A stretch of 64,000 nt of DNA, from assembly GCA_963422615.1 (NCBI GenBank), contig OY730414.1, positions 2,340,302 through 2,404,301 on the forward strand, written 5' to 3'. The position numbers were made by a program, and so were the translations under genes. Each line of letters starts with the position of its first letter. Position 1 is the stretch's first letter. Of the stretch, positions 11,204-20,737 are shown one piece after another. The notes under the pieces were generated by a model, which was not told the DNA's origin, did not search any database, and saw only the letters and a program-made list of their open reading frames with translations. This stretch comes from Longimicrobiales bacterium. GTDB taxonomy: Bacteria > Gemmatimonadota > Gemmatimonadetes > Longimicrobiales > Gaopeijiaceae.

Positions 11204-11252
11204 TCACCCGGACGCGATGCTCCAGGTCTTCCAGTCCTCCGGCGCCCCACGT

Positions 11253-11504
11253 TCAACCGTGGCGGTCGTGGCTCTGTTCGTACCGGATGCGTTCCTGCAT
11301 CCGATCCCGGGCCTGGACCGCATCCCGTCTCTTGGCGGCGCGCATCGCCATGGCGCGGGTGCTGGAAGACTTGACGCGAGGCAGAGAAAGCTTCCGCTCC
11401 AGGTTCTCGCTTCTGCACGCCGGGCACGAAGGGGACTTTCCGCCCCGGACCAGGAGCTCAAGCTCCCGGCCACAGTCCCGACAGGTGTACTCGTAGATAG
11501 GCAT
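11253..11504 (-). CDS. FmdB family zinc-ribbon protein (83 aa)
   Basis: MPIYEYTCRDCG...CPACRS at the 3' end of ORF 11253..12197; ATG at 11504. Confidence 0.9.
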   Translation of the reverse strand: MPIYEYTCRDCGRELELLVRGGKSPSCPACRSENLERKLSLPRVKSSSTRAMAMRAAKRRDAVQARDRMQERIRYEQSHDRHG

Positions 11505-11551
11505 GATCAAAACTATAGGGATGGTCCGAACCGGAGGCCACCCCCGAACAC

Positions 11552-14500
11552 CTAATGAAAGAACCGCCCCCTCCGGACGAAGGGCCGTCCGGCCCCGGCA
11601 CCCCCCTTCCCAGCCAGACTGTCCAGCCAGTCGTTGAGGGCCCGAACCCGCTGCGCAATCACGTGGATCACTCCGTCTTCCCTTTCCACCCTGCCCCGAC
11701 AGATCATCAGGCGCGCCGTCAGCGTGTCCCGACGGTAGCGCTTCTGGACGGTGGAGAAGAGCACCAGGTTGGCCGTACCGGTCTCGTCTTCCAAAGTGAC
11801 GAACATGACCTTGGCATTCCCGGGGCGCTGCCGGGCCAAAACGATGCCGGCGACGGTGACCCGAGCGCCCCCGGGCAGGGCCTCCAGCTCCGCAGCCGAC
11901 CGTACCCCCCGTCCGGCCAGACGCTCTCGCAGAAGTGCTACGGGATGCTGCTTGAGAGACAGGCCCGTGGTCCGGTAGTCGGCCACCACGTGCTCGCCTC
12001 GAGACATGGCGGGCAGGGCCGGCTCCCGAGAAGTCCGCCCAGCCGGTGCAAGCGAGTCGAAGAGGGGAAGGGCACCTGCCTCCCGGAGGGACTTGGCCGC
12101 CCATGCGGCTTGGCGCCGGTCCAGCCCCATCGAGGTGAAGGCGTCTGCATTGGCCAAGCGCACGAGGGTGGCCCGTGAGATTCCCGAACGCCTCCATAAA
12201 TCCTCGGGGGACAAAAATCCTTCATTGCGGGCGGTCGTTACAAGGACCGCTTCCTTCTCGGACATGCCCCGGATCCGGCGGAGCCCCAGCCGCAGAGCGA
12301 AACGCCCGTCTTCCCCCGACTCCAGCGTGGCGTTCCAAGCCGAGTGGTTGACATCTGCGGGGCGCACCTCCACCCCGTGGTCCCGGGCGTCTCTCACGAT
12401 CTGGGCGGGGGCGTAGAAGCCCATGGGCTGGCTGTTCAGAAGGGCGCAGGCGAAAACGTCCGGATAATGGTGCTTGAGCCAGGACGAAATGTAGACCAGG
12501 AGTGCAAAGCTGGCCGCGTGGCTTTCCGGAAAGCCGTAGTCGCCGAAGCCTTCGATCTGTCGGAAACAGCGTTCTGCGAAGGCGCGGTCGTACCCCCGCC
12601 CCGTCATGCCTTCCACGAACTTGTCGCGGAAGCGGTGAATCGTGCCGTAGTTGCGGAAACTGGCCATGGCCCGCCGCAGTTGGTCGGCCTCGGCCGGGGT
12701 GAATCCCGCCGCGACGATGGCGATCCTCATCGCCTGTTCTTGGAAGAGAGGTACGCCCAGGGTCTTCTCCAACACTCGGCGCAGCTCTTCCGAGGGGTAC
12801 CGCACCGGCTCCAGACCTTTGCGACGACGCAGGTACGGGTGGACCATGTCGCCCTGGATCGGTCCCGGACGCACGATCGCGACCTCGATCACCAGGTCGT
12901 AGAAGGTCTTCGGCTTCAGCCTGGGCAGCATCGCCATCTGGGCCCGACTTTCGATCTGAAAGACCCCCACCGTGTCGGCGCGCTGGATCATCTCGTAGAC
13001 CGCCGGATCCTCCCCGGGCACGCTTTCCAGGGTATGGCACACGCCGTAATGGGCCTCCAGCAACGCGAAGGCGCGGCGTATGCACGAGAGCATCCCCAGC
13101 CCCAGGATATCGACCTTGATGAGCCCCAGCGCTTCCAGGTCGTCCTTGTTCCACTCGATCACCGTGCGGTCCGCCATCGCCGCGTTCTCGATGGGGACAA
13201 CCTCGCACAGGGGCCCTCGGGAGATGACGAACCCCCCCGTGTGCTGGGAAAGGTGGCGGGGGAATCCGCACAACTCCCGGGCCAGATCAAGGGTAAGACC
13301 CAGGCGCTGGTCCGTGGGGTCCAGACCCTCTTCCCGGGCTCCCGCCGCGTTCACGGGCTTCGACCAGCCCGAAACCCCGGACAGCAGCCGGTCAACCACG
13401 TCCTTGCTCAACCCCATGGCCTTGCCCGTGTCGCGAAGGGCACTCCGGGCGCGGTAGGTCACAACCGTGGCGGCCAGCCCGGCCCGGTCGCGGCCGTACT
13501 TCTGGTAGATGTACTGGATGACCTCTTCGCGGCGCTCGTGTTCGAAGTCCACGTCGATATCGGGCGCTTCATCCCGTTCGGCCGAGATGAAGCGCTCGAA
13601 GAGCAGGTCGATCCGGTCGGGATCGACGGCAGTGATTCCCAGGCAGTAACACACCGCCGAGTTGGCGGCCGAGCCCCGCCCTTGGCACAGGATGCCCAGG
13701 CTCTGCGCGGTCCGGACGATGTCCTCGATGGTAAGGAAGTAGGGTGCGTACTCCAGTTCACCGATGAGCGCCAGCTCGTGTTCGAGAGCGGCACGCACCT
13801 TGAGAGGGATTCCCCCCGGGTAGCGTCGGGACGCGCCCTGCCACGCCAACCCTTCCAGCTCCTCTTGGGGCGTACGGCCCTGGCGGGTGACTTCGGACGG
13901 GTACTCGTAGCGCAGCTCCCCCAGGGAGAACCGGCAGCGTTCGGCGATCTCTACGGTGTTGGCCAGGGCCTTCGGGTATTCTCGGAAAATCCGGGCCACC
14001 TCTGCAGGGGACTTCAGGTGCCGGTCCCCGTTGGCTGCCAGGCGCCATCCTGCGGTGTCGATGGTGCAGCGTTCGCGGATACAGGCCAACACGTCGTGGA
14101 GCCGGCGGCGCCCGGGATCGTGCTGCTGTACATCTCCAGTCGCAACAAGGGGCACGCCTTCCGCATCGGACAAGGAGGCGAGACGGGCCATTCTGCGAGC
14201 GTCGTCGCCCCGACGGTAGTGGGTCGCCGCCAGGTAAAGGGGGGCCGCCAGCCGGTCGCGGTACCAAGCGAGCTGGCCCGGAAAAGCGGGGGGGAGCACT
14301 TCGGGCGGAATCGCGACGAAAACCTGCTCCCCCGCAGCCCGGACCACATCTTCGCGCTGGAGCTGGCACTCTCCCTTGGGCGCCCGCCGACGTCCTTTGG
14401 TGATCAGGCGGGCCAGCCGACCATAACCGCTCCGGGAGAGGGGCAGGCAAAGGAGACTCGGTCCGTCCAGGAGGTCGAGCCTGGCACCGAGGATGAAGGG

Positions 14501-14695
14501 CAGCCCCGTTCGCCGGGCGGCCTGGTGGGCGCGAACCACCCCTGCCAGGGTGTTGCGGTCGGTGAGGGCCAGGGCCCGATACCCCAGGGCATGGGCGCGC
14601 TCCACCAGCTCTTCCGGGTGGGAGGCGCCGCGCAGGAACGAGAAGTTGCTGGTAACCTGCAGCTCGGCGTAGCTCCCCGTCTGGGCGGTGCTCAT
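11552..14695 (-). CDS. dnaE2: Error-prone DNA polymerase DnaE2 (ImuC)
   Basis: YAELQVTSNFSFLRGASHPEEL, GRGSAANS, PDIDVDFEH, YGFPESHA, C-terminal RGRFFH; ATG at 14695. Confidence 0.96.
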   Translation of the reverse strand: MSTAQTGSYAELQVTSNFSFLRGASHPEELVERAHALGYRALALTDRNTLAGVVRAHQAARRTGLPFILGARLDLLDGPSLLCLPLSRSGYGRLARLITKGRRRAPKGECQLQREDVVRAAGEQVFVAIPPEVLPPAFPGQLAWYRDRLAAPLYLAATHYRRGDDARRMARLASLSDAEGVPLVATGDVQQHDPGRRRLHDVLACIRERCTIDTAGWRLAANGDRHLKSPAEVARIFREYPKALANTVEIAERCRFSLGELRYEYPSEVTRQGRTPQEELEGLAWQGASRRYPGGIPLKVRAALEHELALIGELEYAPYFLTIEDIVRTAQSLGILCQGRGSAANSAVCYCLGITAVDPDRIDLLFERFISAERDEAPDIDVDFEHERREEVIQYIYQKYGRDRAGLAATVVTYRARSALRDTGKAMGLSKDVVDRLLSGVSGWSKPVNAAGAREEGLDPTDQRLGLTLDLARELCGFPRHLSQHTGGFVISRGPLCEVVPIENAAMADRTVIEWNKDDLEALGLIKVDILGLGMLSCIRRAFALLEAHYGVCHTLESVPGEDPAVYEMIQRADTVGVFQIESRAQMAMLPRLKPKTFYDLVIEVAIVRPGPIQGDMVHPYLRRRKGLEPVRYPSEELRRVLEKTLGVPLFQEQAMRIAIVAAGFTPAEADQLRRAMASFRNYGTIHRFRDKFVEGMTGRGYDRAFAERCFRQIEGFGDYGFPESHAASFALLVYISSWLKHHYPDVFACALLNSQPMGFYAPAQIVRDARDHGVEVRPADVNHSAWNATLESGEDGRFALRLGLRRIRGMSEKEAVLVTTARNEGFLSPEDLWRRSGISRATLVRLANADAFTSMGLDRRQAAWAAKSLREAGALPLFDSLAPAGRTSREPALPAMSRGEHVVADYRTTGLSLKQHPVALLRERLAGRGVRSAAELEALPGGARVTVAGIVLARQRPGNAKVMFVTLEDETGTANLVLFSTVQKRYRRDTLTARLMICRGRVEREDGVIHVIAQRVRALNDWLDSLAGKGGAGAGRPFVRRGRFFH

Positions 14696-14759
14696 CCGGA
14701 GCTGGAGCTCTGACGGCACTCCCCAGCGCCGCAAACCGCAGCCTCCGTCCAGGCCGCGC

Positions 14760-16376
14760 TCATCCAAAGAGCCCGTGGAGGAACCAGCGCGGCGGGGAAC
14801 CGGGACCCCGGGGTCCTTCGCGGTAGAGCCAATAGCGCCTGCCCTCCTCGTCGGCAACCCGGTAGTAGTCGCGGGGCGGAGCGTCCTGGCGCCACCATTC
14901 GCACTCCAGCCGCTCCGGCCCGTCGGCCGCCCACACCCGGTGCGCCCGGCTCCGTCTTCGAAGGAGAACCGGCCGGCCGCCAGATTCGGAGGAAACGACC
15001 TCCACCGTTTCCGGCGGGGACAATAGCCGCAACGGGCGACGACGACCTTCCGGCCAGTCCGGAACGGAAACAGGCGGCCCGGCAAGGGGCCGGCAACGGC
15101 GCACTGCCCGCTCGGGTAGCCAGCTTTCGCGCGGGACCGGGCAGACAATGCGGTCGAACCCGAAGCGGTTCCCCATCCGGTCGAGAAAGCGGGCCAACTT
15201 TTCTCCGCCCAAGGCGCGATTTCCGGTGAGGGCGGTCCCCCATCGGGTTTGAACAGCTGCGCCCCCCGTCGTCGGCCGCATCCGAGGGCCCGGGGCGGAG
15301 TCGGGAATCCAACCGGTCTGCACATCCTCAACGGCTTCGACCCCATCCGCAGCCAGGACCAACTCTTCAATTCCGAACCCTGGCTCGACCTGGCCCAGCG
15401 TTTCGGCGAACAGATCCGCGAGGACCTCCCTCCGGCGGGAGGGACGGCTGGTCCCGATCGTTAAGGTCTGGCGTCCGCCGTCCACCCGGTGGCAGACGAG
15501 GCGGAGCTGCCGCACCCCTTCCCCTGTCCGGCTCAGTCTCAGGCACAGGTCGTCCAAGAGTCCCTCTACCGCTGCGCGGATGCTCTCCGGCAGGGAGATC
15601 GGATCGGCAAAGGCGAGGCGGGCTTCCCGGGGAAGTCGGGGCCGGAGAGACGTGAGAGGCTCCTGGAGGAGTCCAAGGGCCTGGGCCAGCCGGCGGGACG
15701 GAGCCGACCCGAAGCGTTCGTCCAGCTCAGCGGGCTCCACAGCAACCAGGGCACGGATCCTGTCCAAGCCGAAAGAGGCCAGATCCTCCGCTACGTCGGC
15801 GTCCAGGCGCAGGGCGGCAACCGGAAGCTTCGCCAGCGCCTCTTTCACCGCGGACGGTTCGGCAGCCGGGGGCACCACGGCCAAGTCATTTTGGCCGTAA
15901 CGGGCCAAGCCCCAGGCCGCCCCCAGTGTGTCTGCCAGCGCCATCCGGGAGGTCAGGCCGAAGCCCTCCAACTCCCCGCGCAACGATGCCGCCAGGGCTT
16001 CCTCTCCGCCGAAGAGGTGGGCGGATCCCCCCACATCAAGGAAGAGCGTGTCCGGGTCGGCGGGCACGACCCGGGGGGTGAAGCGATCGGCCCACCGGGC
16101 CAGGCGTTCCAGGGCACGGGCGTCGCCCGAAGGATCGGCCCGGCGAACAGCCACACTGGGCACGATGGCCCTTCCGTCCGCCAGGGACATGCCTGGGACA
16201 AGTCCGGAGCGGAAGGCGCGAACGCTGGCCGCCGCGATGATCACCCGGCCCCGGTCTTCGGTGATGGTGACGAAAAACGCATCCCGCGTCTCTGGGGAAC
16301 GCAGAGCCAGTCTCTCGGTGGGCCACCACGGCAGATGCACAGCCAGGATACGGGGCGAGACAGACCGGAAGGCCAT
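14760..16376 (-). CDS. imuB: Y-family DNA polymerase-like ImuB
   Basis: LARWADRFTP, LFLDVGGSAHLFGGE, GPERLECEWW, RDYYRV, WFLHGLFG; lies between imuA and dnaE2. Confidence 0.93.
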   Translation of the reverse strand: MAFRSVSPRILAVHLPWWPTERLALRSPETRDAFFVTITEDRGRVIIAAASVRAFRSGLVPGMSLADGRAIVPSVAVRRADPSGDARALERLARWADRFTPRVVPADPDTLFLDVGGSAHLFGGEEALAASLRGELEGFGLTSRMALADTLGAAWGLARYGQNDLAVVPPAAEPSAVKEALAKLPVAALRLDADVAEDLASFGLDRIRALVAVEPAELDERFGSAPSRRLAQALGLLQEPLTSLRPRLPREARLAFADPISLPESIRAAVEGLLDDLCLRLSRTGEGVRQLRLVCHRVDGGRQTLTIGTSRPSRRREVLADLFAETLGQVEPGFGIEELVLAADGVEAVEDVQTGWIPDSAPGPRMRPTTGGAAVQTRWGTALTGNRALGGEKLARFLDRMGNRFGFDRIVCPVPRESWLPERAVRRCRPLAGPPVSVPDWPEGRRRPLRLLSPPETVEVVSSESGGRPVLLRRRSRAHRVWAADGPERLECEWWRQDAPPRDYYRVADEEGRRYWLYREGPRGPGSPPRWFLHGLFG

Positions 16377-16383
16377 CGGGTCG

Positions 16384-17313
16384 TCAGCCGACCCGGCGGA
16401 ATACGCTCGGCGATGGCCTGCGTTGCGATGTGCCACCTTCCCGCGCCCTGTCTGGCCCCGTCCATACCCCCCTGGCCAGCCTTCCGCCCGGAAAAGCAGC
16501 TGGGTCGGTGGGCGGCGGAATGTCCCAGCCCTTGTCATCCCAGCCCAGAATCCCCTCCACCGGCCTCCCCCCGCGACAGTGCAATAGCTGGACGCGCCAT
16601 CTCTCCGTGCCGGCGCCCGGCTCCTGCGAGCGACTCCCTCCGGTCAGGGCAGCGTCCGCTCCTGGCGGCGCAGACCCCGGAACCGCGGTGATCCGCCAGC
16701 GGCTAACCGCAGTCGGAACCCCGACCCCGCGATTCTTCCCCAAAGACAACGCCAGCCCCAGGACCTCCGAGCCTTCTGCGGCCAGCATCAACCGCCGGGA
16801 AGCCGCAAGGCCGACCGGCCCGGTCTCCGCCACCACCGCCCTCAGGTCACGACAGCGCAACGCCTCTTCCATCGCCCACAGCACATCGGCTTGGCGGCGC
16901 AGGCCGGAGGCGATCAGGAGCCGTCCCGCTTCGATCCCGTAACGAACCAAGCCCGGCGGATAAAGATCGTCACCGCGGGTCAGCCAGAGGAGCGATCCCC
17001 CGCCTTCCCCGGCGCGGGCCAAAAGGACGGCACAAAAGCCCGTGGCGGCCTGGTCCCCGCCTACCTCATGAACGCAACCCAGGCACAGTCCACCGCCAGG
17101 CAGAGCGCCGTCAATCCCGGGAATTCCGAAGGACACGCGGCGTCGCCCGGCCCCTTCCGCTCCTTCAATACAGCCGATCGCCCGGCGCAGGGCGTCGGCC
17201 ACCCCTGGCCTGGCCAGCCGCTCTCCCACACCGGCACCCGACTTCCCCGGGACAGCATCTAGCTTCGCGGAACCTTGGGGGAAAACTTCCCGCCCCCTCG
17301 CGATCGGTGACAT
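16384..17313 (-). CDS. imuA: ImuA (RecA-like mutagenesis accessory protein)
   Basis: FGIPGIDGALPGGGL..G.VHEV, LYPPGL, LWAMEEALR, SRRLMLAAE. Confidence 0.9.
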   Translation of the reverse strand: MSPIARGREVFPQGSAKLDAVPGKSGAGVGERLARPGVADALRRAIGCIEGAEGAGRRRVSFGIPGIDGALPGGGLCLGCVHEVGGDQAATGFCAVLLARAGEGGGSLLWLTRGDDLYPPGLVRYGIEAGRLLIASGLRRQADVLWAMEEALRCRDLRAVVAETGPVGLAASRRLMLAAEGSEVLGLALSLGKNRGVGVPTAVSRWRITAVPGSAPPGADAALTGGSRSQEPGAGTERWRVQLLHCRGGRPVEGILGWDDKGWDIPPPTDPAAFPGGRLARGVWTGPDRAREGGTSQRRPSPSVFRRVG

Positions 17314-17322
17314 AGTCCGAAA

Positions 17323-17351
17323 AGACTACCGAATAAAAACCGTAGTGTCAA
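17323..17351 (-). promoter_or_regulatory. Sigma70-type promoter of imuA-imuB-dnaE2 (TTGACA-N17-TAGTCT)
   Basis: Minus strand: TTGACA at 17351-17346, a 17-nt spacer, TAGTCT at 17328-17323, then ATG at 17313. Confidence 0.7.
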
Positions 17352-17734
17352 ATTCCGGGCGATCCGGCGATGTCCCAAGGGCCGATAGTGGCTCTGTCCT
17401 GGACTTGCGTTCTGCCTGCAAGTCGCTATATTTGACTAATCCAGCCACCACCCAAGAGATTGACCAGCAACCGGCCGAGGACTGGACGGAATTTGCCACA
17501 CCAGAGACGGCACCATCAGTTCCTGCCAGCATCCTTCCAGAATGCGTGGCAAAAACCGGCACCGCCCCCTGGATGAGTGCTGTAGGGGTACCGGCAGCCC
17601 CGGCTCCTAATCTGTGCCTAATGGCTTGGGCAAGTTGCCAAGTTTATATGTGACAACCACGGCTACGGCCGTCCTCCGTGTACGTCGGCCATAGTCGCGG
17701 CCATTGCCGCCTGCACGCTTCTGTAAGGCGGCTT

Positions 17735-19093
17735 GTGGTTGCGCCCGCACTGGTATCTCTCTTGGCGTCGGGGTTCTCAGCACCCCAAGAGGTGATCGAC
17801 CTCCCGGTCGAGGATACGCGCCTGTGCGCCGACTTCGAAGAGCACTTCCGCATTGACGATGACCTCTCCAAGGTCACAAGTGTCGGATTCGACCAGTACG
17901 GCAACGTTAGGATTGGCGATTTCTCTCCAAGCGGCGGCCTGCGCGTGGTCGTCGTCAACCCGGATGGCCAGCGGTCCGAGTTCGGGTTCGAAGGTCCCGG
18001 ACCGGGCGAATTTGCCGGGGCTTGGCGGATCGTGGCGTTGGCGGATGGCCGTACAGTCGTGCCGGATCCGGTGCCGGGCGTCTTTCACATCTTCCTGGCG
18101 GATGGCCGGTTCAGCCACCAGGTACGATCCCTTGGGATAGAGTCGGAGATGACATTCAAGGCCGACCGCGGCGGCGGATTACTCGCGCAAGTCAAAGCGG
18201 TGGATAGCCTTGTACTCGACTCGACCATCTTCTCCACAACCACGAGTCTGGTGGAGGGGCCGCTCCAAGTGACGCGAGTTTTCCTGGATGCAGACGAGGC
18301 GCACACCGAGGTCTTCACACACGGGTGGACCCCGCCGCGGCCGGGGTTCACCCTGGACTTTGCCATGGGAGGGTTTACCGAAGGCAACGTCACGGCAAGC
18401 GGCACCCTGAACCGTGTGGCCCTGCTGCCACGATTTCTATGGGACGTGATCCCCGGAGGCGGTGTCTCCTTTGCCGACTCGTCCGGCTACGCCATCAAGA
18501 TCACCGGACCTTCCGGCGATGTCGTCCGCGTGTTGCGCCGCGCGCTTCCGCCCCGGCCCATCACTGCCAGCGTTCGGCGGACGTACCGCCGCTATGAACT
18601 TGACGCCCTATCGGCCCAGATGGATGACCGCCGGAGACGAGCGCCCAGTCAGATCCTCGGCTTCCTGCAAGGGACAGAGGATATGCAGCGGCGGGCGATC
18701 GAAGAGATGGAGTTCGCGGACGAGGTCCCGCTGGTGGACGACCTGGTCACCACATGGGACGGCACGATCTGGGTGCGGCGTACGCCCGATGACGGATTCC
18801 CATTCGACCCGTCGAGCGACCCCTTGAGCAACGGTGGTGTCGACGAACTACAGCAGCAACTGATGGCGAGGGGGCCCGCTTCCATCGACGTCGTAACTTC
18901 GACTGGTGAGTACATCGGAACCCTGCTGGCCGGGGAGGCCAGGTTGCCCGCTGCTTTCGGGCCTGGCGGAGTGGCTGCATACATCGAGGTCGGCGCCCTG
19001 GATGTCCCGGTCGTCCGGGTCGGGCGAGTGTCGATCGCGAGGGCCTGCGGGCAAGAACAGCAAGATGGCGAACAGCAAGATGGCATGGACTAA
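17735..19093 (+). CDS. Secreted 6-bladed beta-propeller (NHL-like) protein
   Basis: Signal-like N-terminus; FGFEGPGPGEF motif; DGTIWVRR and IDVVTSTGEYIGT; the GTG at 17735 is a judgement call (ORF is open from 17678). Confidence 0.7.
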   Translation: MVAPALVSLLASGFSAPQEVIDLPVEDTRLCADFEEHFRIDDDLSKVTSVGFDQYGNVRIGDFSPSGGLRVVVVNPDGQRSEFGFEGPGPGEFAGAWRIVALADGRTVVPDPVPGVFHIFLADGRFSHQVRSLGIESEMTFKADRGGGLLAQVKAVDSLVLDSTIFSTTTSLVEGPLQVTRVFLDADEAHTEVFTHGWTPPRPGFTLDFAMGGFTEGNVTASGTLNRVALLPRFLWDVIPGGGVSFADSSGYAIKITGPSGDVVRVLRRALPPRPITASVRRTYRRYELDALSAQMDDRRRRAPSQILGFLQGTEDMQRRAIEEMEFADEVPLVDDLVTTWDGTIWVRRTPDDGFPFDPSSDPLSNGGVDELQQQLMARGPASIDVVTSTGEYIGTLLAGEARLPAAFGPGGVAAYIEVGALDVPVVRVGRVSIARACGQEQQDGEQQDGMD

Positions 19094-19118
19094 GTAGCGG
19101 CGATCAAGGATCCAGGAG

Positions 19119-19352
19119 ATGCTTCGAGACGTAAAGGCGGCGTTACGCAGGATGATCCGGTCACGGCGGCCGGTGGTGTTCGTGGACGGCGTGCGGCTTC
19201 AAGCCCCGGGTGCCCTGGAGCTGATCGACCCCAGGACCATCACCGGAATTGAGGTGCTCAAGGGTGCGGTGGCGACCGCCGAATACGGGCCGGACGCAGC
19301 CCGCGGTGCCGTCCTGATCTCCACCAAGCGGGCCGGTGGGAAGGTGCGGTAG
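19119..19352 (+). CDS. Stand-alone TonB-dependent receptor plug-domain fragment (SusC-like)
   Basis: PVVFVDGV...IDPRTITGIEVLKGAVATAEYGPDAARGAVLISTKR matches the SusC/RagA plug signature; AGGAG just upstream. Confidence 0.7.
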   Translation: MLRDVKAALRRMIRSRRPVVFVDGVRLQAPGALELIDPRTITGIEVLKGAVATAEYGPDAARGAVLISTKRAGGKVR

Positions 19353-19371
19353 ACCACGGGCTCGCGCCCGA

Positions 19372-19438
19372 CCCCTCATCCCCGGCCATGGGGCCGGTAT
19401 GCAGCCACTTGGGACCGATCCGTCTCCAGGTAGGGCCC
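19372..19438. repeat. 67-bp direct repeat of the mog 3' end (att-like, left boundary)
   Basis: Same as 25221..25287 except for one mismatch; encodes GPYLETDRSQVAAYRPHGRG* on the minus strand. Confidence 0.92.
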
Positions 19439-19705
19439 GAGTTCCAGAGACTCCTCGATAAGATCGTCACCCCTGACGTTTACGAAGCCGCCCGGACCCT
19501 CCGGAACCGGGAAGCGTTCATCCGCGACGACGACACGCCGCTCAACTACACCCTCGTCAACATCAAGGACTGGTGTAAGAACAGCTTCGAGGTCGTCAAT
19601 CAGCTCCGCATCAATACGGACAACAGCCATCACCGATACGACGTCATACTCCTGATCAACGGCGTCCCGGCCGTTCAGATCGAGCTAAAGACGCTTGGGA
19701 TCAGC
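19439..19705 (+). pseudogene. hsdR: Type I restriction endonuclease subunit R, N-terminal fragment
   Basis: LNYTLVNIKDWCKNSFEVVNQLRINTDNSHHRYDVILLINGVPAVQIELK is the HsdR_N nuclease motif; truncated at both ends. Confidence 0.85.
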
Positions 19706-19946
19706 CGTTCGATGTCCACCAAAACCTGCAATTCCCGCAGACGATGTGCGTTGAACGACCCGGCCATCATCCCTGCGACAGCCGATCCTCCGGCACGGGC
19801 CGAGCGTGCCGGAGGTATGCCGCCGCCCCGACCATGCGCGGGACCGTACCGCATCGGCGCAGACACCCCCTCCGAGAACGTCGGGGGCGCGCTCGCCCCC
19901 ATACTCAATAGTCGTTGATGTCCTGCGCATCGCGGCCCTGGCGTCG

Positions 19947-20141
19947 CTATGAGGTCGCTTCGCCATCCACCATCACCCAGACGACTCGTCCATCCCGAAA
20001 AACGGGGATGGGCGTTCCATTCGCCGCCGCGCGGCGGCGGGCGCGTTGAGCGGCCCGACGCATCGCCGCCTCCGCACCGGCAAGGTCCGAGGCGCGCGGG
20101 CGCGCGGGCGATGTCCCGTTTTCCGACTTCTCCGCTGTCAT
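19947..20141 (-). CDS. Small hypothetical protein (64 aa), antitoxin-like
   Basis: GGAGGG RBS and ATG at 20141; AMRRAAQRARRRAAANGTPIPVFRDGRVVWV resembles small partners of zeta-toxin/AAA genes (recognition only). Confidence 0.55.
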   Translation of the reverse strand: MTAEKSENGTSPARPRASDLAGAEAAMRRAAQRARRRAAANGTPIPVFRDGRVVWVMVDGEATS

Positions 20142-20251
20142 CGGCTTTCTCCCTCCGCAAGCGGTGCCAGGACCGGCGCGAACGCGAAGGGGCGATGCGT
20201 CGGATCCGGCGATTCGAAGTGCCGCACCGTCCAAGTCGGCGTTCCAAGGCA

Positions 20252-20694
20252 TTACCCTGCTTCCTCCTCCGCTGCAGAAACGATCTCGGATCTCGATATG
20301 ACGACACTCCCCCGCGCCTTGGCCAAGAGGCGGCCGAACGGATCGCGGACCTTGATCAGGCGGGGCCGGGGCGTGGCGCAGTCGAAGACGACATAGAGCC
20401 AGTAGCGGCCGCGCAAATTGCAGGCTGCCGCCCATTCGTTCTCGCTCACCTCTACGGCGCCGGCGCCCGCACGGCCCTTGACCTCGATGGCGCGGTCTTC
20501 GGCCTGCCGATGCGGAGCGGCCGGGTATAGCAAACGGAGGTCGAAGCCGGGCCAGTCGCCGAGACCCTCGCGGCGCGCGAGAACGGGCCGCGACACGTCA
20601 CGGACCGCGGCGCCGGCCGCTTCCTCGTGGCGCGCGCCAGCCGCATGGCGATCGCCTCAACATCCCGGTGCCGCACCGCCGGCGGCCCATCCAC
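20252..20694 (-). pseudogene. C-terminal DUF3883 (NOV_C-like) nuclease domain of an SNF2-type helicase, frameshifted fragment
   Basis: DVEAIAMRLARA in one frame; PGFDLR...RAIEVKGRAG...VSENEW...YWLYVVFDC in another. Confidence 0.75.
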
Positions 20695-20737
20695 GGGCTA
20701 TCCGGTCCCGAAATCGGTCTCCGTCCATCGCAGCTTC

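Noticed and set aside
14696..15370. N-terminal extension of dnaE2 to 1272 aa
   Set aside because: It overlaps imuB in another frame; the DnaE2 motifs begin at ATG 14695.
19055..19084. 15-bp tandem repeat GAACAGCAAGATGGC x2
   Set aside because: In-frame slippage in a gene tail (EQQDG twice); there are only two units.
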